DNA of 39,816 nt from a virus (Duplodnaviria; Caudoviricetes), in the IMG/VR virus record IMGVR_UViG_3300028585_000042, positions 1 to 39,816 of that record. One strand, given 5' to 3'. Under the pieces are notes generated by a model. It did not search any database and was not told the DNA's origin. It saw only the letters and a list, made by a program, of their open reading frames with translations. Position numbers and translations under genes: made by a program. How positions within the stretch are numbered: position 1 is the stretch's first letter; each line of letters starts with the position of its first letter. Shown here in pieces: positions 7,599-15,676 of the stretch.

Positions 7599-7676
7599 AC
7601 TATACGCGGGCGTATAGCTCGCACACAACATGCTATTCATTTGTGGATTGCTTTCCTATCCATTCGCGTATAGACT
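7599..7676. promoter_or_regulatory. OR switch: three 18-bp operators (7600-7617, 7633-7650, 7656-7673) with divergent PRM and PR
   Basis: CTATACGCGGGCGTATAG, CTATTCATTTGTGGATTG, CTATCCATTCGCGTATAG; PR TTGCTT-N17-TAGACT; PRM TTGTGT-N18-TATAGT on minus strand. Confidence 0.8.
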
Positions 7677-7682
7677 TACGCC

Positions 7683-7904
7683 ATGGACAAAGACCCTTCG
7701 ACCCTTCTCAGGGAAATTAAGCAGGCGACAGGCTGGAGCCAAACGCGCTTAGCGCTTGAGCTCACCACCTCTCAGCCTACCGTCAACCGCATTCTCAATG
7801 GTCAGGCCAAGTGTCTCAGCGACACGCTGGTCGCGATCAACGGATTGCACGAGAAGCATTGTCGCGGTCGACCGCGCCGCCGGAAGGCCGCTCCGCCGAC
7901 CTGA
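7683..7904 (+). CDS. cro: Cro-like HTH regulator
   Basis: WSQTRLALELTTSQPTVNRIL; recognition helix (QPTVNRIL) nearly the same as CI (QPTINRIL). Confidence 0.85.
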   Translation: MDKDPSTLLREIKQATGWSQTRLALELTTSQPTVNRILNGQAKCLSDTLVAINGLHEKHCRGRPRRRKAAPPT

Positions 7905-7976
7905 TTGCGAACTGCCCATAACCACATTGTCGCGCCTCAAAACTTTCCACGCACCATTTGTTTGCAGGAACATCAC

Positions 7977-8417
7977 ATGAACTACAAAGACGCCTTTTAC
8001 AAGACCGTGCACGACACCCCTGGCGGCTGTGAGGCTCTGGCCGTGCGTATGGGTTACACCGCCGGCCTGCTGCGCAACAAGGCCAACCCGAACAGCACCA
8101 CCAACGTGCTGACGATGGACGACGCATCGCGGGTGATGGAGCTGACGGAGGATTACGCGGTGCTGCACGCGCTGGCGCGCCGCCACGGCTTCGTGTGCAC
8201 CAAGATCGATGCGCAGCCGGCGAGCGACATGGCAGTGCTGGAGTCGGTCACGGACATCTGGGGCAGCCTGGGCCAGGTGGGCACCCTCGTGCATACCGCA
8301 CTGGCCGACGGCCGCATCGATGCCATCGAAGTGCAGCACATCGAGAAGGCGATCTTCGTTTCGATCCGCCCGATGATGGAGCTGCTGGCGCGCCTGAACG
8401 GGATGGCTGAAAAATGA
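7977..8417 (+). CDS. Phage CII-family regulatory protein
   Basis: YKTVHDTPGGCEALAVRMG..LRNKANPN motif; follows cro. Confidence 0.8.
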   Translation: MNYKDAFYKTVHDTPGGCEALAVRMGYTAGLLRNKANPNSTTNVLTMDDASRVMELTEDYAVLHALARRHGFVCTKIDAQPASDMAVLESVTDIWGSLGQVGTLVHTALADGRIDAIEVQHIEKAIFVSIRPMMELLARLNGMAEK

Positions 8418-8896
8418 AGACCCTTCTCACAAAGCTGGAAGGGGCCGAGCTGCGCGCAGCAATCCTTCAGTGCATCCGCGACGGCTTCACACTCACCGCT
8501 CAGATCAGTGAGCACCTCGCCGTGACGTCGGACAAGATTTCGACGCGTCTGGACTACCTGCGCACCCTGGGCGTGATCCACGGCGTGCGCGTGTCTTCGC
8601 CGAAGGGCGGCTTCGTCAACGAATGGCACATGGGCCCAGCGCTCGACGAATACGGCCAGCCCGGCCACGTGCACGAAGGCGGCAGTCGGGCGCAGAAAGA
8701 CGGCCTGCCGCATGTCGTCGTCAGCACAACCTATCCGCTGGTTGACCGCCGTGACCCACTGGTGACCGCACTGTTCGGCGCACCGGTGGCCGAGCGCCGC
8801 GCGCTGCAGCAGAGCGCACCGTGCTGCACCCGCTGCCACACGGAGCAGGGCGCTGGGCACAAGGCCGGCTGCATCGTTGCGATGGTGGCGGCATGA
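8414..8896 (+). CDS. Winged-HTH hypothetical protein
   Basis: LTAQISEHLAVTSDKISTRLDYLRTLG; RDPLVTALFG motif; ATGA overlaps. Confidence 0.6.
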   Translation: MKTLLTKLEGAELRAAILQCIRDGFTLTAQISEHLAVTSDKISTRLDYLRTLGVIHGVRVSSPKGGFVNEWHMGPALDEYGQPGHVHEGGSRAQKDGLPHVVVSTTYPLVDRRDPLVTALFGAPVAERRALQQSAPCCTRCHTEQGAGHKAGCIVAMVAA

Positions 8897-9147
8897 AAGG
8901 CTACGTCAGCATTCACAAGTGGCTTGGCCGCTGCGACGAGCTGAAGTCGCCCGAGAACATGCAGTTCACCACCAGGCCTGCCAAGAGCTGCCGCGGCTGC
9001 TTGTTCCAGGGCCAGCACTCGGCCGTCTGCGATCGCGCCTGTGACGTTGCACAGCTCGCTGAGCTGGAGCACTGCACGCGCGGATTCATCTACGTCGAGA
9101 AGCCGGTCGACCCGCGCCAAGTCTCGCTCATCGATAAGGCCCACTGA
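8893..9147 (+). CDS. Cys-rich hypothetical protein
   Basis: SCRGCLF..VCDRAC..HC; coupled to neighbours. Confidence 0.6.
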   Translation: MKGYVSIHKWLGRCDELKSPENMQFTTRPAKSCRGCLFQGQHSAVCDRACDVAQLAELEHCTRGFIYVEKPVDPRQVSLIDKAH

Positions 9148-9148
9148 A

Positions 9149-10126
9149 ATGGCACGCGCACGCAACATCAAGCCCGGCTTCTTTACCAACGACGAGTTGG
9201 TTGAACTGCCGTTTTCTACCCGCCTGCTGTTCATTGGTCTGTGGACAATTGCCGATCGTGAAGGCCGCATGGTCGACCGCCCGAAGAAGATCAAGATGGA
9301 AATCTTCCCGGCCGACGACGTCGATTGCGACCAGGCTCTGGCCCAGCTCGCCGACAGCGGCTTCATCACGCGGTACCAGGCCGACGGCGTGAAGGTGGTC
9401 GAGATCGTCAACTTCGCGAAGCATCAAGCACCGCATTCCACGGAAAAAGACAGCCTCCTGCCAGACGCTGAGGGCTTCTACACTGTGAATGAGCGCAACA
9501 AGAACAGTGGCGTAACGGGCAAGTTCACCCGTTCAAAGGCGGGAGATGCGAAGCCTAACGTTAACCCACCGTTAGATAACGTTGTCCCGCCGTCTGATAA
9601 CGCCCTGATTCCTGATTCCCCCATCCTGAATCCTGACTCCCTCATCACCGCCGATGCGAGCGCACCGACGGCAGACGATGGCGACGACGTTCCTGCTGAA
9701 CCCGACAACCCGCGCGCTGCTCCGATGCCACCCCGCGTCGAGCCGCCGGAAAGCATCGACCCTGCGATCGTCCTGTCGACTGCGCTGCGCAAGCTCGGCG
9801 TTGACGCGACGTTCACCCAGCCTGCCGTGCAAGCCTGGGCGTCGCAGAAGACCGACATGGCCGTGCTGATCGCTGCCGTGGGCCTGGCTCGCGAGCACAA
9901 GGGCGAGACGGTCAAGATTCACCCGAATTACCTCGTTCCGATCGTCGACAAGCTGCTCAACCCGCAGGCCGCCTCGACCACGTCGTACGCGAAGCCGACT
10001 GCCGCGCCGATCCATGCCCGCAAGCCGATGGGCATGGATCCGAAGGGCACGGACGAGAGCTACGAAGAATTCGATGCCCGCATCGCTGCGGCTGAGGCTA
10101 CGCGCCGTAAAGCCCTGAACCCATGA
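9149..10126 (+). CDS. Phage replication initiator
   Basis: MARARNIKPGFFTNDEL..RLLFIGLWTIADREG..NFAKHQ N-terminus; internal iteron-like repeats. Confidence 0.85.
   Translation: MARARNIKPGFFTNDELVELPFSTRLLFIGLWTIADREGRMVDRPKKIKMEIFPADDVDCDQALAQLADSGFITRYQADGVKVVEIVNFAKHQAPHSTEKDSLLPDAEGFYTVNERNKNSGVTGKFTRSKAGDAKPNVNPPLDNVVPPSDNALIPDSPILNPDSLITADASAPTADDGDDVPAEPDNPRAAPMPPRVEPPESIDPAIVLSTALRKLGVDATFTQPAVQAWASQKTDMAVLIAAVGLAREHKGETVKIHPNYLVPIVDKLLNPQAASTTSYAKPTAAPIHARKPMGMDPKGTDESYEEFDARIAAAEATRRKALNP
9556..9638. repeat. Putative replication-origin iterons
   Basis: TAACG at 9556, 9577 and 9598 (21-bp period), then CCTGA(T/A/C)T 7-mers at 9604, 9611, 9625, 9632. Confidence 0.55.
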
Positions 10127-10869
10127 CCACGAACACCGGAGGCAACATGCTGACCCTGCAAAGCCCTGGCGCTGCCGAAGCGACCATGTCGAGCCGCGAG
10201 ATCGCCGAAATCTGCGAAGCCCGCCACAACGACGTCATCGCGACGATCGAGCGTCTGATCAATGAAGAGGTTTTACGACTTGGTCGTAATACTGCCCGCG
10301 CGCACCAGGCCGACGGCGGCGGGCGCCCGACGATGGTCTACGACCTGACGAAGCGCGACTGCCTGGTCGTGATCTCGGGCTACAGCGCCGCGCTGCGCGC
10401 CAAGATCATCGACCGCTGGATGGCGCTGGAAGCCGCGGCACCGGCGCTGGCCCTGCCGCAATCGTTCGCCGACGCGCTGCGCCTGGCCGCCGACCAACAG
10501 GACGTGATTGCGGCCCAGGCCGAGCAGCTCGCCGCCGCCGCGCCGGCCGTGGAGTTCGTTGAGCGCTACGCCGATGCGACTGGCACGAAGACGTTCCGCG
10601 AAGTGGCCAAGCTGCTGCGCGCGAACGAGAGCGCATTCCGCGAATTCCTGCTCGACCAGAAGGTCATGTACCGGCTGAACGGCGCGCTGACGCCGCACGC
10701 CCACCACATGGACGCCGGCCGCTTCTGCGTCAAAGCCGGCACCGCCCAGAACAACCACGCGTTCAACTCGGCGCGCTTCACTCCGAAGGGCGTGACCTGG
10801 ATTGCGGGCGAGTGGGCAAAGCACCAGGTGGTGCTGCGCCAGCGCGCGGGCGCCGAGGTCGCGGCATGA
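10123..10869 (+). CDS. Rha N-terminal + ANT/KilA-C antirepressor
   Basis: TMSSREIAE..RHNDV, GYSAALRAKIIDRW, LPQSFADALRLAAD, FTPKGVTWI. Confidence 0.88.
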   Translation: MTTNTGGNMLTLQSPGAAEATMSSREIAEICEARHNDVIATIERLINEEVLRLGRNTARAHQADGGGRPTMVYDLTKRDCLVVISGYSAALRAKIIDRWMALEAAAPALALPQSFADALRLAADQQDVIAAQAEQLAAAAPAVEFVERYADATGTKTFREVAKLLRANESAFREFLLDQKVMYRLNGALTPHAHHMDAGRFCVKAGTAQNNHAFNSARFTPKGVTWIAGEWAKHQVVLRQRAGAEVAA

Positions 10870-11084
10870 CCACCGCACACGACCCCTGCGCCTTCTGCGA
10901 GCGCTTCAAGGCGACATTGCGCGCTGACCTGCCGGCCGGCCACGGCTGGTGCATCGGCCACGAGCAGGAGAGGCTCTGGGACTATCACCCGTGCCCGCTG
11001 TTCAAAGAGGCAAAAGACCGGGCGCCGCGTGCGCGGTATGTGGCGCAGCAGCAGGCACAACAACAAGAATTGGAGAAAGCATGA
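10866..11084 (+). CDS. Small Cys-rich hypothetical protein
   Basis: CAFCERF..GWC..PCPLF; ATGA overlaps at both ends. Confidence 0.6.
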   Translation: MTTAHDPCAFCERFKATLRADLPAGHGWCIGHEQERLWDYHPCPLFKEAKDRAPRARYVAQQQAQQQELEKA

Positions 11085-12016
11085 GCATCATCCACGTGGT
11101 TTCGTACTCGACCGGCAAGGATTCACAGGCCACATTGAATCTGGCGGTAGAGATATTCGGAACAAAGAACGTTCGCGCCATCGCATTGGACACGGACAAC
11201 GAGGACGAGGCTTTCCATAAGCACCTGGACTACACACGATCAGCTATCGGCGTCGAAGTCGTTGTCTTGAAAGCAGACTTCTCCGAGCATATGGAGGTCC
11301 ACCGTCAGCGCCTTCTGGCTATTGCCGCAGGAGCGCCAGACTACCATCCGCAGGCGAAATACCCCTGGACGCCGGAGCGTGCGGCGCAGGCAGCCGAGTT
11401 GATGCATCCGACTGGCAATGCCTTCCTCGACCTGTGCATGATCAAAGGCGTATTCCCGTCCCATAGCCGCCAGTTTTGCACTGAAGAGCTCAAGCGAAAC
11501 GTCGCAGTTGAGTATCAGCTTGACCTCGTCGATGCTGGGCACACCGTTGTGTCGTGGCAAGGTGTTCGCCGCGACGAATCGAAGCGCCGCGCCAATGTCG
11601 CCAAATTTGAGCGAATCGGCCCGCGGATGTATGCCTACCGCCCGATTGTCGACTGGACTGCCGAGCAAGTATTCGAATACATCGCGTCCAAAGGTCAAAA
11701 GCCAAACTCACTCTACAGGCGCGGGATGTCCCGTGTCGGTTGCATGCCCTGCGTCAACGTCAACAAGGACGAGCTCAAGCAGATCGCCTTGCGGTTCCCG
11801 GAGCACATCGATCGGATCGCGAAGTGGGAAAAGATCGTAAAGAGCGTCAGCCGATCAGGCATGTCGTCATTCCTGCATACCGGTCAGGCAGGTGGCACCG
11901 ATATCTGGGAGCGTGTCGAGTGGTCGAAAACCACCCGGGGCGGCCGGCAGTTCTCGCTGTTGACCGATCTAGAAGATGCCAATGCCTGCGCTTCGGCGTA
12001 TGGCCTGTGCGAGTGA
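11081..12016 (+). CDS. PAPS-reductase-family (PP-loop, Fe-S) protein
   Basis: SYSTGKDS PP-loop, FCTEELK, QGVRRDES..R, RPIVDWT, SRVGCMPC. Confidence 0.85.
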   Translation: MSIIHVVSYSTGKDSQATLNLAVEIFGTKNVRAIALDTDNEDEAFHKHLDYTRSAIGVEVVVLKADFSEHMEVHRQRLLAIAAGAPDYHPQAKYPWTPERAAQAAELMHPTGNAFLDLCMIKGVFPSHSRQFCTEELKRNVAVEYQLDLVDAGHTVVSWQGVRRDESKRRANVAKFERIGPRMYAYRPIVDWTAEQVFEYIASKGQKPNSLYRRGMSRVGCMPCVNVNKDELKQIALRFPEHIDRIAKWEKIVKSVSRSGMSSFLHTGQAGGTDIWERVEWSKTTRGGRQFSLLTDLEDANACASAYGLCE

Positions 12017-12023
12017 GTGCCGC

Positions 12024-12500
12024 ATGATCCGCACATCCCCCATCGCCCGCACTGGCACCCTCAAGCAGGGCAAGCCGATTGCGCGCAAGACCCCGATGGC
12101 GCGCGGCACCGGCTTCAAGCCGGCTGTCGCTGGCGCTGGGCTGCTGCGCGTAGCCGCCGTGCAGCTCGCCCGCAAGCCGATGAAGAAGTCCCGCGCCAAG
12201 TCGACGCCAGCCCGCCGCGCCGCGCGTGGCCGCGACTGCACGCTGATGCTGCTGGGCGTGTGCAACCGCGATCCAGCCACCACGGTGCTTTGCCATTCGA
12301 ACCGCCTGGCGGACGGGAAGGGCATGGGCCTGAAGGCACCCGATAGCGCCGCGTGCTTCGGCTGCAGCGACTGCCACGACGTGCTCGACGGCAGGCGCCC
12401 GCTACCCGGCTGGATCACGCGCCAGCAGCTCGAAGACGCGTTCGACCACGCCATGGTCATCACCCAGGAACAACTGAAGCTCGAAGGAATCGCCGCGTGA
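12024..12500 (+). CDS. DUF1364/YbcO-like putative nuclease
   Basis: ARGRDCTL..GVCNRDPATTVLCH..GMGLK..GCSDCHDVLDGR. Confidence 0.8.
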   Translation: MIRTSPIARTGTLKQGKPIARKTPMARGTGFKPAVAGAGLLRVAAVQLARKPMKKSRAKSTPARRAARGRDCTLMLLGVCNRDPATTVLCHSNRLADGKGMGLKAPDSAACFGCSDCHDVLDGRRPLPGWITRQQLEDAFDHAMVITQEQLKLEGIAA

Positions 12501-12922
12501 TCACCCTGACCCTACCCATCCCGCCAACGATCAACCACTACTACGGCCAGCGCCCGCGTGGTGGGCGATACATCAAGCCGGCCGGGATCGCATTTCGCGC
12601 CGCGGTGGCCGAAATCGTCGCTGCCGCCCAGGTCGAGCCGCTGCTCGGGCGAGTGTCGCTGTTCGCTGCGATCTACCCAGCCAACCGCCGCCGGCAGGAC
12701 ATCGATAACCGTGCCAAGTCGCTGCAGGACGCTCTGACAGCTGCCGGCGTGTGGATCGATGATGAACAGATTGATGAGCTCCACCTGGTCCGGCGCGAGG
12801 TCGTGCGCGGTGGGCTGGTGCGGATCGTAATTACGGAAATGAAAGAGGCATCCTTACGCGAAGCACAAAGTAGCCTGGCGCCAGATCGCGTCTACCCTAC
12901 AGAAATCGTGCTACAAAAGTGA
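12497..12922 (+). CDS. rusA: RusA Holliday junction resolvase
   Basis: LPIPPTINHYY, RRQDIDNRAKSLQDAL, DDEQI. Confidence 0.9.
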   Translation: MITLTLPIPPTINHYYGQRPRGGRYIKPAGIAFRAAVAEIVAAAQVEPLLGRVSLFAAIYPANRRRQDIDNRAKSLQDALTAAGVWIDDEQIDELHLVRREVVRGGLVRIVITEMKEASLREAQSSLAPDRVYPTEIVLQK

Positions 12923-13216
12923 CGCATCGCAGCGAATTTCGCCTGCAGATACTGGCTCTACGTTTGATTGATGATCAGCAGAAATTTCTTGTTGGACCGG
13001 GGCTAGATGCTGGTAGGTAACATGCCTGATGCGCGTCGCAGTAGGTGGCCTTGGCTCTGCCTCCAGTACGCGTTCGACGATGCTTTCCGGAACATGCACA
13101 TCCTTCAGAAAGCTTCGTGCGTACTCATGCCCATATGCGCGGCACAATCGAATTCCTGCCTCAACCAGCATCTGGACGTGGGAACTGGTTCTGCGCTCGA
13201 CGAAATCAGTCATCAA
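12911..13216 (-). CDS. Small helical hypothetical protein (moron; similar to 39008-39199)
   Basis: ERRT..LVEAG..YG..VPESIVERVL; low GC; overlaps the receiver-gene stop. Confidence 0.6.
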   Translation of the reverse strand: MMTDFVERRTSSHVQMLVEAGIRLCRAYGHEYARSFLKDVHVPESIVERVLEAEPRPPTATRIRHVTYQHLAPVQQEISADHQSNVEPVSAGEIRCDASLL

Positions 13217-13574
13217 ACGACTCGCCCTCGATCAACACTTTCTTCAACGCTCGGTCGAGCAATAGCAGCGAAAATGGTTTTTGAATGAAAGCGTCTATTG
13301 GTGCTTTTAAAAACTCCGGTATTTCTACTGCGGCGGCCATTATTACCTTCACATTTCGCTGGATTTTTTTTGCCTCTACGGCATAGCTCGGTTCTCCAAG
13401 CAATGTGGCGCCAGGGCTGATCATGATTGCTTGAAACTCCATCAATTCCAACATTCGAAGGCCTTTAATTGGCGTGGATGCGCCCAATGAACGGTGCCCC
13501 AGCGCTGCACACATATCGACTACGATTTCGCGAGTGTGCAGATCTCGTTCAACTACTAAGATAAATGCTCGCAT
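13206..13574 (-). CDS. Atypical stand-alone receiver (CheY-like) domain protein (moron)
   Basis: ILVVERD, VKVIMAAA and FIQKPF fold motifs; phosphoacceptor Asp position appears to be Ser (QAIMIS). Confidence 0.75.
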   Translation of the reverse strand: MRAFILVVERDLHTREIVVDMCAALGHRSLGASTPIKGLRMLELMEFQAIMISPGATLLGEPSYAVEAKKIQRNVKVIMAAAVEIPEFLKAPIDAFIQKPFSLLLLDRALKKVLIEGESFDD

Positions 13575-13773
13575 CTAGTGGCTTTCATAGTAAGCAAATC
13601 TTGAGGCTACGCCGATAAATGGTCAGTTACTGACGGGAGTTAGAATTGAGATAAAGGAAACAACATTATCCTTTTGACGTTTACCCACAACATTGCGCGG
13701 GCATAAGTAATTCAATCCGGAAATTTCTTGACCAGCCATGCTACGCTCGCTGGGTCGTCTTTCGGAGAACCCC

Positions 13774-14199
13774 ATGACCACCGCTGCACTCGGCTTTTTC
13801 AACGCCCCAAACCTGCGCCGAGTCCGCAAGGCGGAGGCCCCACAATCCACTGTTCGCACCATCGATCCGTACGCGACCTGCATGGCGTGCTGGGTCGATT
13901 ACATGCGCACCGACGATCGCGACCTGGGCGCCGGCGGCATGAAGCTGGCAGGTGAGGGCGTGCACGAGCGCGACCTACACGAGCAGCAGCGCGCCGCCGA
14001 CATGAAGATCGGCGAGAGCGTCAACGCCATGGTCGATAGCCTGCAGATGCGCGACCGCTGGGCCATCTACAAAAGCCAGGGCATTGCCTCGGCCTGGCGC
14101 TTTCCGAATGCGCGGTACGAGGATGTGCTGATGGATGCACGCGACGAATTGGAAAAGAAGTTGCGCAACAATGTTGCAACGCGGCTGTATTGGGCGTAA
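13774..14199 (+). CDS. Putative late-gene regulator/antiterminator (Q position)
   Basis: Last early gene before a terminator and the packaging genes; W..YM and sigma-region-4-like C-terminus; GGAG RBS. Confidence 0.6.
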   Translation: MTTAALGFFNAPNLRRVRKAEAPQSTVRTIDPYATCMACWVDYMRTDDRDLGAGGMKLAGEGVHERDLHEQQRAADMKIGESVNAMVDSLQMRDRWAIYKSQGIASAWRFPNARYEDVLMDARDELEKKLRNNVATRLYWA

Positions 14200-14233
14200 A
14201 CTCTGCGCACTGGGTGTCTCTGCACGCCCGAAG

Positions 14234-14267
14234 AAAAGCCCGAACCGTTAAACGTTCGGGCTTTTTG
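14234..14267 (+). terminator. Intrinsic terminator (tR'-like)
   Basis: AAAAGCCCGAAC-CGTTAAAC-GTTCGGGCTTTTT. Confidence 0.8.
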
Positions 14268-14336
14268 CATTAGCGGTCTACTTTGCAGATAGCTTTGAGG
14301 CTCGCCGTCTCGCCCACGTAAGGGCCACCGATCAAT

Positions 14337-14407
14337 GCGGATGCAGCTGTATGGACACGAATCGTCTATCATACAAGCCGCGGGTGAGAGCCCCGCCGTC
14401 TGCCCCC
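14337..14407 (+). ncRNA. tRNA-like element (acceptor stem + T-arm + one central hairpin)
   Basis: GCGGATG pairs with CGTCTGC; T-arm-like GCGGG-TGAGAGC-CCCGC; central TGTATG-GAC..GTC-TAT-CATACA hairpin. Confidence 0.4.
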
Positions 14408-14435
14408 TTTCCAGTCCTGTGCCAACAGGACCTTC

Positions 14436-14473
14436 GCCGCCCCTCGCATCCATGCGCCGGGGCGGTTTTTTTT
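14436..14473 (+). terminator. Intrinsic terminator
   Basis: CCGCCCC...GGGGCGG followed by T9. Confidence 0.7.
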
Positions 14474-14563
14474 CGAGGTACGCATGAGCGTCGAGTCCGA
14501 AATCATTTGGATGCGCGTGCTCGTGCAGTTCGCGCGCGAGCACCTCGCCATCTTGGGTAAACG

Positions 14564-14785
14564 ATGAGCATGCCTGTCGAGGTCTACCGCGACCAGATCA
14601 TTCGAGCTGTCACCGGCAACCAGCCGGCGATGGTATTCCGCGTGGTCGATGAGACTGCGCTCCGGCGTCTGTCCGATCGGCTTGCCGAGTCCGAGCGCGC
14701 GCATGCGCTGCTTCGTGCCAAGGGCTACGGCGGGACCGGGCTGCTGCTTGATGAGCTGGCCGCCCTGGTGCCCGACAAGCCATGA
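14564..14785 (+). CDS. Hypothetical protein
   Basis: 73-aa ORF with ATGA overlap into the HNH gene. Confidence 0.55.
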   Translation: MSMPVEVYRDQIIRAVTGNQPAMVFRVVDETALRRLSDRLAESERAHALLRAKGYGGTGLLLDELAALVPDKP

Positions 14786-15099
14786 AGCTGACTGCCCTCA
14801 AGTCCCGGCTACAGACGGCAGCGCCGCGCGTCGCCACCCTGGCCGCACGCCCTGGTGTCGTGGTCGAGCGCAAGCGCGGCTATGGCGGTGTGCTGGACCG
14901 CCGCCGCATCCGGGCGCGTGACTGCGATCTGTGCCAGGAGTGTAAGCGGCAGGGCCGCACCACCATCGGCTACCCGGTCGACCACATCATCGCGCTAGCC
15001 GACGGCGGCACCGATGACGACGACAACAAGGAAACGCTGTGCGTGCCGTGCCACGACGCGAAGTCGGCACGCGAGGCACGCGCCCGCGCGCGGGGCTGA
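14782..15099 (+). CDS. HNH endonuclease (terminase-associated, HK97 gp74-like)
   Basis: RDCDLCQEC..VDHIIAL..GG..N..LCVPCHDAKS directly upstream of terS. Confidence 0.9.
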   Translation: MKLTALKSRLQTAAPRVATLAARPGVVVERKRGYGGVLDRRRIRARDCDLCQECKRQGRTTIGYPVDHIIALADGGTDDDDNKETLCVPCHDAKSAREARARARG

Positions 15100-15200
15100 C
15101 CCTCATTGCCCCGGCAGGGGGAGGGGGGGGCAAAAAGCTTGGAATCATCTTTTGTCAGACACCGACTAGTTCCGCACGCGCAGAAAAAATCCCCCTTGGA
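15100..15200. other. Probable cos packaging region
   Basis: Intergenic HNH-terS gap with a G-run then an A-run, the usual context of 3'-cos sites in HNH/HK97-type phages; exact cut site not determined. Confidence 0.45.
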
Positions 15201-15211
15201 GGAAATTGTTA

Positions 15212-15676
15212 ATGGCTTTAACAGGCAAAAAGCGAGCCTTCGCCGATGCCGTTTTGGCCGGGCTCTCCAATAAGGAAGCGGCTATTCGTGCCGGTTTCAG
15301 TGAAAAAACGGCGTCGGCTGCCGGGTCTCGAAATGTTAAAGACCCGGATGTTAAAGCCTACCTCGATCAACGACGCCAGGCGCCCGCAACCGCCGGCGCA
15401 AGGGCACTACCGGCGCCAGGCCCCGCCGATGAAGCATTCGACATTCCGCCAACATCGGACCCCGTCGAATTTCTCACCAAGGTCATGAACGAACCGGCGG
15501 CCGAGCTGCGACTGAGGATCGACGCAGCCAAGGCGATGTTGCCGTTCAAACACAAAAAGCTGGGCGAGGGCGGCAAGAAGGATCTCAAGGATGACGCGGC
15601 CAAGGCGGCCGGCGCCGGCAAGTTTTCTCAGACCGCTCCACCGAAGTTGGTCGCCGCTGGCGGAAAGAAGGTCTAA
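15212..15676 (+). CDS. terS: Terminase small subunit
   Basis: LTGKKRAFA..AAIRAGFSEKTA..GSR HTH; GGAGG RBS. Confidence 0.88.
   Translation: MALTGKKRAFADAVLAGLSNKEAAIRAGFSEKTASAAGSRNVKDPDVKAYLDQRRQAPATAGARALPAPGPADEAFDIPPTSDPVEFLTKVMNEPAAELRLRIDAAKAMLPFKHKKLGEGGKKDLKDDAAKAAGAGKFSQTAPPKLVAAGGKKV

Noticed and set aside
11081-12016. Dnd/Ssp phosphorothioation system
   Set aside because: No cysteine desulfurase, ATPase or other dnd/ssp partner genes in the window.
14347-14362. Second LexA box (CTGTATGGA...)
   Set aside because: Lacks the CAG right half-site at the required spacing.
14337-14407. Functional canonical tRNA
   Set aside because: No D-arm, no proper anticodon arm, no TTC in the T-loop and no CCA; kept only as a tRNA-like candidate.
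14782-15099. Mobile homing endonuclease or defence nuclease
   Set aside because: Size and position directly before cos/terS fit the ordinary terminase-associated HNH protein.
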